From Eledone cirrhosa (taxonomy: Eukaryota): a DNA stretch of 64,000 nucleotides. The notes under the pieces were generated by a model. It was not told where the DNA came from and ran no database searches. It saw only the letters and a list, made by a program, of their open reading frames with translations. Position numbers and translations under genes: made by a program. Location of the stretch: the NCBI GenBank assembly GCA_964016885.1, contig OZ024762.1, positions 24,366,001-24,430,000 on the forward strand. The letters are read 5' to 3'. The number at the start of each line of letters is the position of its first letter. The stretch's first letter is position 1. Of the stretch, positions 1 through 14,987 are shown one piece after another.

Positions 1-387
1 ATATATATATATATCTAACATACATACACGACAGAATTTTGAAGTTTTCTCACACACACACACATGTATACATATACATATATACATATATATACATACA
101 TACATATACATATATTAATTAATTCTTAAATTTTGGTTTCTTTCCATCAAATCCGTTTTTCTTTTCTTTGGCTTTTCCTGAAGAACAAGATTAAAGGAAT
201 GAATGGATTCTTCCATTCTTCTGTCAAATTTTGGATCTTCCATTTTTGCACTGTTTCTCACTGCTGGTCAATGCTGGGTTTGCCAAAACCAGAACCCTGC
301 CCCCTTCTTTCCCACCGAACCCCTTCCGGTTCTTATTTCCTTTCTTCTTACTCTCTTGGCTAGCTTCTGTTTGTCTTGTGTCGCCCC

Positions 388-434
388 CCCCCCCCCTCTC
401 TCTTGCTCTCTCTCTCCTCTCTCCTCTCTCTCTC

Positions 435-478
<44 letters not shown>

Positions 479-550
479 TCTCTCGCTCTCTCTCTCTCCA
501 TCTCTCGCTCTCTCTCGCTCTCCCTCTCTCTCGCTCTCTCTCTCTCTCTC

Positions 551-597
<47 letters not shown>

Positions 598-690
598 CTC
601 TCTCTCTATCTCTCCATCTCTCTCTCTCCTCTCTCTCTATCTCTCCATCTCTCTCTCTCCTCTCTCTCTATCTCTCCATCTCTCTCTCTC

Positions 691-729
<39 letters not shown>

Positions 730-819
730 CTCTCTCTATCTCTCCATCTCTCTCTCTCCTCTCTCTCTATCTCTCCATCTCTCTCTCTCCTCTCTCCTCT
801 CTCCATCTCTCTCTCTCCA

Positions 820-832
<13 letters not shown>
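388..832. repeat. (TC)n microsatellite
   Basis: Imperfect TC dinucleotide tract; source of the SL/ER-rich ORFs. Confidence 0.95.
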
Positions 833-853
<21 letters not shown>

Positions 854-1532
854 AATCTCTCTATCTGTCTATATATATATATTTGTCTGCTGCCACTGCC
901 AGGCTCTATACAGGGAACCACAACACTATATTTCCCATACTACATACTACTGTTCTATAAAGCGGCATACATCCATCCATTCACGTAAAGAGAGAGAGAG
1001 AGAGAGTGTGATGAAACAGTGAGAGAGATGCAGTATGTGTGAGAGCGATGAAAAATAATGAGAGCATGTGAGAGAGAGAGAGAGAGAGAGAGAGAGCATG
1101 TGAGAGCAATGAGACAGTAGAATTCCATGTGTTTTGTAGTAGTATTAATATTATTAATTTAATTAGGACATATTACATGCCACTAATTCTAATTAATGAA
1201 AAGTCAAGCCAAAAAAAAAAAAGAAAAAATGTCAAAAGGAAAAAAAACAAAAAAAAAAAATTAACATAAGCTAGCCCAACTAAGCCAAGCCAAACCCGGG
1301 CAACCCAGGCTAGGGCACACCAGACCATGCTATGGCAGGCCAAACCTAGGCAGACAGGACCAGGCTAGGGCAGGACATCATAGAATAGAATAGAAGGTAC
1401 ACTAAAACAGGCTATTATCCAAAAACCAAAATTGAACCAGACCTAGCTGGCCAGCCAGCCAGCTAGCTCGCCAGTCAGGAAGCAGGCTATAAGCACAACA
1501 CAAATTCCCGCTAGCGCTCCATCTATGCTATG

Positions 1533-1603
<71 letters not shown>

Positions 1604-2067
1604 CGGTGCTGAGACCAAGGACAGACCACAAATGAGGGGAGTACTTGAAAAGGCTTGCTGCCGAACACAAGCTGGAACGGATGGCCTCGCAGTTGGGTTT
1701 TTACCTCCTCCCTCCCTCTGTATATGTGTAATATATATATATATAGGATTATATGTATGTGTCTGTATGTTTATATATATATACATACATACAGACACAT
1801 ACATATAATCCTATATATATATATATATGTATGTTTATATATATATATATATATATACATACAGACACATACATATAATCACATATACACGCAGACAAAA
1901 TGAAATTTGGAAGACACAGCCACTTTTCTACATAGAAAATAAATTGTTTACACTCTATGCACTAGTATTGAGTGCTTATTCAGTTAATGTTGAAAATAGT
2001 AAGGTATTTTAAAACTCCCTGCCAAAATACAGATATGTTTGAGCAAGATAAGGCCCAACCAACTGGC

Positions 2068-2139
<72 letters not shown>

Positions 2140-2187
2140 TATGAAAATAAAACAAAGAGGCCTTCAATACATCAAAAGTCTTTATTA

Positions 2188-2226
2188 GCCCAACAATGTT
2201 TCGTCCTATTAAGGACTCATCAGGGC
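2188..2226 (-). ncRNA. minimal type I hammerhead ribozyme motif (partly decayed)
   Basis: Minus strand gcc-CTGATGA-GTCC-ttaata-GGAC-GAAA-cattgtt-gggc, followed by AATAAA. Core and stem II are perfect; stems I and III are imperfect. Confidence 0.65.
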
Positions 2227-2305
2227 AATCAAAACACACAAGAAGCACTATCATTTCTATAATACGAAGAGGGTGTTTAACTCCAACACGCTCCAGTATT
2301 TTAAT

Positions 2306-2350
<45 letters not shown>

Positions 2351-2458
2351 CATACATGTGACCAAGACATGGTCACCTGACCTAGCTTGCCTCAAACGGG
2401 ACAACTTGTCCAACCCATGCAAGCATGGAAAAATAGAAGTTCAACAGTGATGATGATG

Positions 2459-2514
<56 letters not shown>

Positions 2515-2675
2515 ATACACACACACACACATATGTGTGTGTGTGTTTACATTTGAACAGAATATGAAATAAAACAAACCTAAACAACAACAACAAAACC
2601 ACCACTTAACATCTAAAAGGAATATAGATGTGGAATCTTGATTTTACTTAGTTTAGAAACAACAGCAATCCTTGC

Positions 2676-2715
<40 letters not shown>

Positions 2716-2733
2716 CACCACTACTACTACTAT

Positions 2734-2770
<37 letters not shown>

Positions 2771-2793
2771 TATCAAACATTATATATAAATAG

Positions 2794-2973
2794 AGGAACG
2801 AGTAGGACCCCGACGGCTGAGCTCAAGCCGTTTCGACCGCTAATTATGGACTAATTGTCGTCGGGGACCTACTCGTCAGGGACCTACTCGTTCCTATTAC
2901 CCACTCTACTACCCTAAGTATTGAGTACTTTGGTGCGTTATGGTCCATCTGGTTCTTTACCACATTTCCTTCG

Positions 2974-2975
<2 letters not shown>
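2794..2975 (+). mobile_element. family A fold-back element (PLE-like, half-hammerhead)
   Basis: Body ...ctactcgttcctattacccactctactaccctaagtattgagtactttggtgcg...catttccttcgtt with an inverted 5' arm; TA flanks; same sequence as the other family A copies. Confidence 0.75.
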
Positions 2976-3028
<53 letters not shown>

Positions 3029-3198
3029 TATTTTATATATAATATATATAATTTGTGTTAAATGTGTGTGTATATATTCATGTATATGTATATATATATA
3101 TATATACATGCATATATACATGCATATATACACACACACTTTTCAAAAATTATATAAATGTTATATTATATATATATCTATATATATATATATATATA

Positions 3199-3264
3199 TA
3201 GGAAAAAGTATGACCCCGACGGCAGAGCTCAAGCCGTTTCGACGACTATTTCAGGACTAAATTG
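3199..3264 (-). mobile_element. family A element, single arm
   Basis: taggaaaaagtatgaccccgacggcagagctcaagccgtttcgac matches the arm at 23235. Confidence 0.7.
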
Positions 3265-3269
3265 TGGTA

Positions 3270-3911
3270 TATATATATATATATATATACATATAGATAG
3301 ACACATACATACACATACACATCTCCATTGTGTTATATATATATATATATATATATAGATACACACACACATCTCCAGTGTTATATATATATAGATAGAT
3401 ACACACACATACACATCTCCAGTGTGTTATATATATATATATAGATACACACACACACACATCTCCAGTGTTATATATATATAGATAGATACACACACAT
3501 ACACATCTCCAGTGTGTTATATATATATATATAGATACACACACACACACATCTCCAGTGTGTTATATATGTATATATAGATACACACACATACACATCT
3601 CCAGTGTGTCATCATCATCATCATCATCGTTTAACGTCCATCTTCCATGCTTGCATGGGTTTGGACGGGAGTTTTCCAATAGATACACACACACACACAT
3701 CTCCACACACACATACACATATCCAGTGTGTTATATATATATATAGATAGATACACACACATCTCCACACACATCTCTACACATACACATCTCCAGTGTG
3801 TTATATATTATATATATATATAGATAGATACACACACATCTCTACACATACACATCTCCAGTGTGTTATATATATATATATATATATATAGATAGATACA
3901 CACACACATCT

Positions 3912-3975
<64 letters not shown>

Positions 3976-4262
3976 ATCTCCATTGTGTTATGTATATATA
4001 GANNNNNNNNNNNNNNNNNNNNNNNNNNNNNNNNNNNNNNNNNNNNNNNNNNNNNNNNNNNNNNNNNNNNNNNNNNNNNNNNNNNNNNNNNNNNNNNNNN
4101 NNNNNNNNNNNNNNNNNNNNNNNNNNNNNNNNNNNNNNNNNNNNNNNNNNNNNNNNNNNNNNNNNNNNNNNNNNNNNNNNNNNNNNNNNNNNNNNNNNNN
4201 NNATTGTGTTATATATATAGATAAACACACACCTCTCCACACACACACACACCTCCACACAC
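3270..4262. repeat. compound minisatellite (acacatctccagtgtgttatata...gatac)
   Basis: Recurrent catctccagtgt core between CA and TA runs; spans the N gap. Confidence 0.85.
4003..4202. other. assembly gap (200 N)
   Basis: Run of n. Confidence 1.
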
Positions 4263-4371
4263 TCTCTAGTGTAAGAGTCTGGAGCTGGTACTCTCCTTTC
4301 AAACTAATTAAAAAAATGAGAAGGGAGTCTGCAATGAAAAAAAAACTATCACTTTCCTTCCCCCTGTACTG

Positions 4372-4581
4372 ACTACTACTACTACTACTACTACTACTGC
4401 TGCTGCTACTACTACTACTACTGCTACCACCACCACCACTACTACTACTGCTACCACTACCACCACCACCACTACTACTACTGCCACCACCACCACTACT
4501 ACTACTGCCACCACCACCACCACCACCACTACTACTACTGCCACCACCACCACCACCACTACTACTACTGCCACCACCACC

Positions 4582-4659
<78 letters not shown>

Positions 4660-4797
4660 ACTACTACTGCTACCACCACCACTACTACTGCTACCACCAC
4701 CACCACTACTACTACTGCCACCACCACCACCACCACCACCACCACCACGACTACTACTACTGCTACCACCACCACCACCACTACTACTGCCACCACC

Positions 4798-4831
<34 letters not shown>

Positions 4832-4838
4832 TCACTAC
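4372..4838. repeat. (CTA/CCA/CTG)n trinucleotide repeat
   Basis: Direct inspection. Confidence 0.95.
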
Positions 4839-4928
4839 ATGCTGCTGGTGACTAGCTGGAAAGAAGAGAGTGTGTGTGTGAGAAAGATAAAGAGATAGAG
4901 TGTATGTTGCTGTTATTGTTGTTGCTGT

Positions 4929-4967
<39 letters not shown>

Positions 4968-5231
4968 GAACCTTTATTGTTGCTGTTGTTGTTACTGTAG
5001 TTCTCTTACTCATCTTATTGTTATTGTTAGGCAGTTCCAAAAGACTGCCTAACAACATCACTCAATTTTCAACTACTCTTTTTTGTGTGTTTAGATTCTT
5101 CTTTTGAACACCACCATTATTCTATAAACATATATACATGCATACACACACATATATATACATATACATACATATAAACAGATATACACACATATATACA
5201 CAAATATTTTCCATACATACATACATATACA

Positions 5232-5530
5232 ATGGCTGCCCCCTCGTTATCGAGTATGTCCATTGCACGATATACCATTATTAATAATTATTAATTAATT
5301 CTATCGTGCAATGCCTGTGCATGAAGATATATTTTAAAGTGAGGAAAGACTGTGCACTGAGCCAATCCCACTCTCTGAGTGACAGTAGCTGTAACCTGAA
5401 AAGAAGAAAAGATCAACATCATCGGTAACTACTGAGCCGCAGGTTTTATATCAGAGTTATCCCAGTTTCCTGAGTTACCTTCTCCTAGAAGAATGCCCTG
5501 ACAAAGGCTAGGGGTCCTTCACTCCCAGTG
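5232..5530 (-). mobile_element. non-autonomous element with RTE-like 5' UTR motif
   Basis: Reverse complement aligns with 10839-11250 (cctagcctttgtca.ggca..tctaggagaagg...aactctgatataa.acctgc ... tactcga.aacgag). The ctaggagaagg-aaactctga motif resembles RTE-clade 5' UTRs. Confidence 0.55.
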
Positions 5531-5873
5531 GTTTAACCGCGCGGTACATGTGTATATACATATTTACATATAAACACATATACACACATATATACACATA
5601 AATATTCTCCATACATACACACACATATACACACGCACATATTCTCCATTCATATAAACACACACACATGCATACATACACATATGCACACACATAAATC
5701 TTATCTCTCTTATAAATTATATTTTACACAATAAAACCCCACCCCACACTGTATCGTCCTGTACCAACTTTAATGTTTCCTTAATGTGAACCCTGTGTGG
5801 CTAATAAAGGAAGCACCATTATTTTATAAACACACATACATACACTCACATAGCCACATGGATATATATATAT

Positions 5874-6203
5874 AAATGGCTTCTACGGGACTAGAACTTC
5901 TTCTTCATTCGAAGGACACCACCAGGAAAGCCCTGATGATTTCCTTCGAATGAAACAGTTCTAGTCCTGTAGTTCTAGTCCATAGCCACATGGATATATA
6001 TATATATATATAAATGGTTTCTACAGGGCTAGAACTTCTTCATACGAAGGAAATCACCAGGAAAGCCCTGATGATTTCCTTCGAATGAAACAGTTCTAGT
6101 CCTCTAGAAGCCATTTCTATATTAAATTTTGTTGCATACACTCTAATACTGTATTGAGTACCTTACTTACTGTGGTTGCCCCTGATTGAACCTGAGACTC
6201 ACA
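5874..6203 (+). mobile_element. family B hammerhead elements, two tandem fold-back copies
   Basis: CTGATGA-tttccttcgaat-GAAA-cagttctagtcct.ta at 5933 and 6068, each preceded by an inverted copy; stem I damaged; 3' body with tattgagtacc...ctgtgg...gactcac. Confidence 0.7.
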
Positions 6204-6476
6204 TAAATAAATATACAACGTTTTCAAATTATTGGATGTACAATTACCTTGAAACATTTGTAAGGAATTAGATAGTATTTAAAAGATCTTTCCATCTAAA
6301 TACTTCAATCTATATCCAAATCTATATGTCTATATCTATCTATCTATCTATATATATATTTCTTTAGTTGCCAACACTTTGAGGGCGGCTGGCTGAGAAT
6401 CTAGTCGGTCAGCCACCCCCTCTGTCTCTGATTTTTCGGACCCATGGCTTTTTACATATTCCTTTGTTATATTCCA

Positions 6477-6534
6477 ATACCTGATGATATCACCGGATTC
6501 ATACAGAACCCGGTCATTGAAATGATCATAGTAT
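6477..6534 (+). ncRNA. type I hammerhead ribozyme (C-C stem II group)
   Basis: ATAC-CTGATGA-tatCACCGGaTTC-ataca-GAAcCCGGTCatt-GAA-ATGATCAT-A-GTAT, then ATTAAA. Palindromic stem III and AUA cleavage triplet. Confidence 0.8.
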
Positions 6535-6581
6535 ATTAAAGCTTTCAAGGATTTACACCAGTCCAGCCTCCAGTTATTTCA

Positions 6582-6664
<83 letters not shown>

Positions 6665-6740
6665 AAAAGGTAAACAGAAATAACAACACAATCAGTACAG
6701 TATATGGAAGGAATATATTAGGTTAATGCTTGAAATAGGG

Positions 6741-6776
6741 TCTTAACGTTTCGGACGCTAGTCCTTCATCAGAAGA
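6741..6776 (-). ncRNA. minimal type I hammerhead ribozyme (family C, PLE-type)
   Basis: Minus strand TCTT-CTGATGA-a-GGAC-tagc-GTCC-GAA-ACGT-T-AAGA; 4-nt palindromic stem III as in Penelope-like element HHRs. Confidence 0.8.
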
Positions 6777-6929
6777 AAGAATGAGAAATAAGATAGATTG
6801 AGGGGACGGGTGGTTTGGACATGGCAGGTTGGACATGGCAGTGATAATGAGGGACAGAGACCGCTGGAGAGAACTCATCCATGGATCTCGGGAATTTTAC
6901 CAGCCCTAGAAATATATATATATATATAT

Positions 6930-7320
6930 GGAGGCACATGGCTTAGTGGTTAGAGCATTGGCCTTGCAATTGAAAGGTTGTGAGTTCAGTTCTCAGACCG
7001 GGTGATGTGATGTTTCCTTGAGCAAGACACTTTATTTCACATTGCTCCAATTTACTCAGCTGTAGAAATGAGATGACAGGGACTGGGGTCCCTATCATTC
7101 CACTGCAAAGTGGTCGTGTAGGTGCCACGGCAAAAAAGCACCCAGCACTCACTGTAAATGAGGTTGGTGTTAGGAAGGGCATCCAGCTGTAGAAATCAAG
7201 CCAGAATCAGTTCCCGTATGAGCAAGACATGGTAAGCTGACTGGACACTGCCCACAACAGGACAACCTGTCTAACCCATGCTAGCATGGAAGAACGCACG
7301 TAAAACGATGATGATGATGA
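6930..7320 (+). mobile_element. tRNA-derived SINE type F, full length
   Basis: A box TGGCTTAGTGG, B box-like GAGTTCAGTTC, CORE-like ccttgagcaagacactt, 3' end ...acccatgctagcatggaag...(GAT)n; many copies in the window. Confidence 0.9.
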
Positions 7321-7436
7321 TATATATATATATAATTAAAACCATGGTAGGTTGATCTATAGAAACAACGGAGGTTAGATACAGTATTTTGTCTATCTTT
7401 TTTTGTACTCCCAGAATTTTTTTTTTTCTCATTGAA

Positions 7437-7476
<40 letters not shown>

Positions 7477-7664
7477 TAAATCTAGCACTTAATGGTAGGG
7501 TCTAAACCGTATAAAGAACTCAATGTAATCCGTATGTAGATGTCGTGAAGCAAAGTTTAAAATACAAACATTTTTAAATGAACATGCAGACGACTACCCC
7601 CCAGAAACGATCGTAAAATAATGTGTTTTACTATGAATTAACAGTTTTGTGCTTAATTTCATTG

Positions 7665-7736
<72 letters not shown>

Positions 7737-7782
7737 TTCATTCAAAATATTAACAAGAATAGAACTTCATTGTGATCAAGTA

Positions 7783-7849
7783 TATTTTATTATACATATT
7801 TCAGAGGTACTGAGCTAACTTCAACAGTACGTCCTCATCAGATAAAATA
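7783..7849 (-). ncRNA. type I hammerhead ribozyme (family D, C-C stem II group)
   Basis: Minus strand TATTTTAT-CTGATGA-GGA-C-GTACTG-12nt-CAGTAC-C-TCT-GAA-ATATGTAT-A-ATAAAATA. Confidence 0.8.
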
Positions 7850-8147
7850 AGATAGATTGAGAGGACGGGCAGGTTGGACATGGCAGTGATAATGAGGAAC
7901 AGAGACCGCTGGAGAGAACTCATCCATGGATCTCGGGAATTTTACCCGTCCTAGAAATATATATGCATGACATATCCTGACATAGTAGATGGTTAAGATC
8001 CAGTCATGGTCATCACAATGAAGTTCTATTTTTGTTAATATTTTGAATTAATATCAATAACTCCGGAAAATCAAATCTATTGTAAAACTAATTCTTTGAT
8101 TTATTCATTGAACCTTGTTTAACTCTTAAATATATATATATATATAT

Positions 8148-8418
8148 GGAGGCACATGGCTTAGTGGTTAGAGCATTGGGCTTGCAATCGAAAGATTGTG
8201 AGTTCAATCCTCAGATCGGGTGATGTGATGTTTCCTTGAGCAAGACACTTTATTTCACATTGCTCCAGTTTACTCAGCTGTAGAAATGAGATGATAGGGA
8301 CTGGGGTCCCTACCATTCCACTGCAAAAAAGCACCCAGCACTCACTGTAAAGTGGTCGTGGAGGTGCCACAGCAAAAAAGCACCCAGCACTCACTGTAAA
8401 GTGGTCGTGGAGGTGCCA
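8148..8418 (+). mobile_element. SINE type F, 3' truncated
   Basis: Same head and body as 6930; internal 49-bp segment duplicated. Confidence 0.9.
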
Positions 8419-8562
8419 GAGAGATATCCTGAGTTAAATCAATGGGTAACCACAATAAATTATGTGCCCAATACATAAGTAGAGTGTAAACATGAATATG
8501 ATAATGTCATAAGAATGAAACAGTTCTAGTCCTGTAGAAGCCATTTCTATTATTAAATATTG

Positions 8563-8610
<48 letters not shown>

Positions 8611-8630
8611 TTATATATATATATATATAT

Positions 8631-8791
8631 CAAAATAGAGGTGGTGAACTCCATTAGACCACTAGTCACCAGAGTATTCCATGCTTGGGGTGGTAGAGTG
8701 GGAAATGAAACATTTGGAACCCCGACGGATGAGCTCCTGCTGTTTCAACAGTTATGTCCGAACAGGAGCTCAGCCATCAGGATCCTAAATT

Positions 8792-8795
<4 letters not shown>
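8631..8795 (-). mobile_element. diverged family A fold-back element
   Basis: caccagagtattccatgcttggggtggtagagtggg...ccccgacggatgagctc aligns to family A; imperfect inverted arm. Confidence 0.6.
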
Positions 8796-10830
<2,035 letters not shown>

Positions 10831-10838
10831 ATATATTT

Positions 10839-11352
<514 letters not shown>

Positions 11353-11453
11353 TATATATAACATTTCTGAGTCAATTAGGGGTGGAATGGAGCGGACTAA
11401 AAAAATGTGTATGTTTTTGCTTTGAGTGTCTACTCCCTACTATATACATACAC

Positions 11454-11486
<33 letters not shown>

Positions 11487-11575
11487 CGTAAGTCCCGGGT
11501 TGAGTCGGGGATAACCACAGTAAGTAAGGGACTCAATGCATGGCAGAGTAAAATTTTTTTTTATTTTATAGACGG

Positions 11576-11626
11576 AGCTTCTACAGGACTAGTACTGTTT
11601 CATTCAGATGAAATCTTCAGGAAGCT
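11576..11626 (-). ncRNA. type I hammerhead ribozyme (family B)
   Basis: Minus strand AGCTTC-CTGAAGA-tTTCatctGAAt-GAA-ACAG-tactagtc-CTGT-A-GAAGCT; GUA triplet; lies inside element 11486-11630. Confidence 0.8.
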
Positions 11627-11767
11627 GGGTGTCATATATATATATATATATATATAATTTTGTTTGTACTGCCTCTCTGTTTTTGTTCCCGTCCAAGTTT
11701 TCACTATATATAATATATATATATATATATAATATATATACATATGATATATAATATATATATATAT

Positions 11768-11868
11768 AATTGTTTCTACTTTTTTAGCACAAGGCCAGCA
11801 ATTATACCAGTGTATTACTGGTACTTTATTTTATCGACTCCGTAAGGATGAAAGGCCAAGCTAACCTC
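11768..11868 (-). mobile_element. SINE type H 3' fragment
   Basis: ggtactttattttatcgac...ggatgaaaggc is the reverse complement of the type H body. Confidence 0.75.
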
Positions 11869-12021
11869 ATAATATATATATAATATATATAATATATGTA
11901 TACATAGTGGTAGAACACTGGAAGGTAATATCCGTAGTGGTAGAGCACTCATTCCATGGGACGACTTAGGTAGAAGTGGTTACACATGAGTTAGTTCACC
12001 AGACCGAGAACAATTGTTTCC

Positions 12022-12054
<33 letters not shown>

Positions 12055-12127
12055 CGTAGGTCCCGGGTTGAGTCGGGGATAACCACAGTAAGTAAGGTAC
12101 TCAATACATGGCAGAGTAAAAATTTTC

Positions 12128-12178
12128 AGCTTCCTGAAGATTTCATCTGAATGAAACAGTACTAGTCCTGTAGAAGCT
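12128..12178 (+). ncRNA. type I hammerhead ribozyme (family B)
   Basis: Same 51-nt sequence as 11576-11626 on the opposite strand; inside element 12055-12200. Confidence 0.8.
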
Positions 12179-12195
12179 CCTTCTATAAAATAAAA

Positions 12196-12226
<31 letters not shown>

Positions 12227-12229
12227 TAT

Positions 12230-12445
12230 GGAGGTGTGTGGCTGAGTAGTAAGAGAATTGGAGTCACAAATGTGACGTTGTGATTTCCATTCCTGGACCA
12301 GGTGATGCGTTATGTCCTTGAGCAAGACACTTTATTTCACGTTGCTCCTTCTACCTGGAGTTGCGACCGATAGATAGTATTAGCAATTGGAAAGACCAAT
12401 GGAAACATTGTTTCCTCGGTCCGATTTGACGAAAGTCGATCGACT
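12230..12445 (+). mobile_element. tRNA-derived SINE type G
   Basis: tRNA-like head, ccttgagcaagacactt core shared with type F, distinct tail ending agtcgatcgact; other copies at 27141 and 45817. Confidence 0.8.
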
Positions 12446-12863
12446 GTCATATATATATATATATTACTATAAATATAGTAATGATGATAAAAGACCCAAA
12501 CAAAACCAGGAACAAAGAAAGGAATAAAAAAAAAAAACCCTTTGAAAAATTATATATTTAAGGGAAAAAGACTTGTCCCAACCCCCTCCCGCGTATAATA
12601 ACACACACACACAGCCACCTCTTTCTTTCCTTCATTTCTCTTCTCCACTCCATCAATTCTTCATATCTCATCTTCCAGCATCACACACAGTGCCTCCTTC
12701 CTTTATTTCAACTGCAGCTATTGCTCATACCACCACCACTACTACTGCTACTGCTACTACTACTACTACTACTACTGCTGCTGCTGCTATTACTACTACT
12801 ACTGCTGCTGCTGCTATTAATAAGACTACAGCTACTGCTGGTGTTTGTTTCTCACTACTACTA

Positions 12864-12904
<41 letters not shown>

Positions 12905-13588
12905 ACTATCACTATCACTATAGCTATTACTACTATTGCTACTGCTGCTACCACAACTGCTGCTGCTGGTTCTGCATCCTATCCTGGAGTGATATTTTAG
13001 TTTGTACTGTCCTCTGTGTTAGCTTCTTACTGGTGTTTCTGTGTATACATTGATATATATATACACATATATAACATATATATAATATATATATATATAA
13101 TATATATATACACACACACACATCTATATATCATCCGTTCTATATATATATATCTATCTATCTATTTACACATATATATATATATAGTATAATATACATA
13201 TATATAGATAGATAGGTAGATATATATATATATAGATATATAGATATATACAACAGAGGTTTTATAGGAGCTACTGTTTATTTTAGTAGCAGTAGTAGTA
13301 GTAGTAGTAGTAATAGATATAGTTGTTATTGTAGTAGTTCTGGTTAGCTGATGTTTATGTGGATGCTGTTGTTTACCTCACAAATTTCCATGCTATGACC
13401 AATAAGGCAATGTGCGTTTTGACTGGTTTAAAGATGTTAGCAAACAGCAGGAAAATCTTGCCTGGAAGCACTATGTTAAAAATGATAGCAGCTGTGGTAA
13501 GTGTTAATATATATATAGTATAATATGATATATAATATATATGATATGTGATTTATGGTATATAAAAAAGAATATCTATGTATGTATG

Positions 13589-13919
13589 TTTTCTCTTTCT
13601 CTTAATTTCGAGTATATTTTTTTGACCGGTCACCTTCCTGGTGGCAAGGTTGTAATAGAAAAGAAATTGTCATCCCTTGAATCGCAAGAATGTTTTGCAA
13701 ATTTTGAAGGTGCCAGCTATCGCAGCCATTTGTAGACTATGAATTAGGGAGCTGCGCTTTTTGTCCGCAAATCCAAGTTCAGTCATACTTTGGTTTTGGT
13801 CCAAGCGGGTTGGTATATAACCCGTAGCACCAATAATGATGGGTATGAAGCTAAAGGTGTATCTTGGATACTGGATTTGTAAACTCCTCATCAATGGTCT
13901 GTAGATGTCCTCCTTCTCT
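13589..13919 (-). mobile_element. 5'-truncated RLE-type non-LTR retrotransposon (R4/Dong-like) 3' end
   Basis: EKEDIYRPLMRSLQIQYPRYTFSFIPIIIGATGYIP...LQMAAIAGTFKICKTFL resembles the C-terminus of a restriction-like endonuclease domain; stop at 13670; (CATA)n on both sides. Confidence 0.75.
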
Positions 13920-14068
13920 ATGTATGTATGTATGTATGTATGTATGTATGTATGTATGTGTGTATGTATGTGTGTATGTGTGTGTGATAGTGGTTGTCCA
14001 AAGATGTACATGTGATATATAATATATATATGATTTATGATATATATATGTGTATATATATGTGTATA

Positions 14069-14112
<44 letters not shown>

Positions 14113-14258
14113 CATGTATGTGTGTGATACCGGCTGTGGAGAATTTTAATGATATATAATATAATATAAACACTGTACCAAGGATTTCACACATTTTCCA
14201 ATATATATATAATATATATAATATATATAATATATATAATATATATATATATAATCAC

Positions 14259-14289
<31 letters not shown>

Positions 14290-14402
14290 GTTTAACATCC
14301 ATGTTCCACGCTTGCATGGGTTTGGACGGGAGTTTTCCCACTTGAGGCAAGAGTGGTTGTCTTGCTCGCATAGGACTACCTAATATAATATATATATATA
14401 TA

Positions 14403-14503
14403 TAAGGTGTTCCCTAAAAGTGTATACATACTTTCATTACCTGTACAGGCGGCAATATTTAATAGAATAGTGTTGAAGTGTGTATACATGTTTGGGACAG
14501 CAT
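14403..14503. mobile_element. Tc1/mariner-like MITE (degenerate)
   Basis: Imperfect TIRs ggtgttccctaaaagtgtataca / tgtatacatgtttgggaca in a TA tract; related to 21713. Confidence 0.5.
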
Positions 14504-14581
14504 ATATATGTATATGTGTGTGTATATAATATAATATATAGTATGTATGATGTATAAGATGTATGATTATGGTATGGAAAA

Positions 14582-14615
<34 letters not shown>

Positions 14616-14851
14616 GTGATAGTGGCTGTGGTACGTGTTAATGTATATATAGTATAATATATGATGTGTGATGTATATATAAAATGTATGTATATATGTG
14701 TATATATGATGGTGATGTATTGAGTATCTATAGTGATACTTGTTATGTACGACAGACCATCGTGTTGTAGAATATACATCTCTCGCTCGCTCTTTATATA
14801 TATGTGTGTATATATATATATATATATACAGACATATATATACACATACTC

Positions 14852-14882
<31 letters not shown>

Positions 14883-14940
14883 AGGATACAATGTATGTTG
14901 TTTTTATACATACATCTTGCCCACATCTGTGCCTTACATG

Positions 14941-14987
<47 letters not shown>

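Noticed and set aside
115-243. 42-codon minus-strand ORF MEDPKFDRRMEES...
   Set aside because: Short, no recognisable homology or splice support.
6930-7005. tRNA gene
   Set aside because: tRNA-like A/B boxes continue into the SINE body in every copy; no proper acceptor stem.
7587-7615. Possible hammerhead (CAGACGA...GAAACGATCGTA)
   Set aside because: Core substituted, stem II only 2 bp and no stem I; at most a relic.
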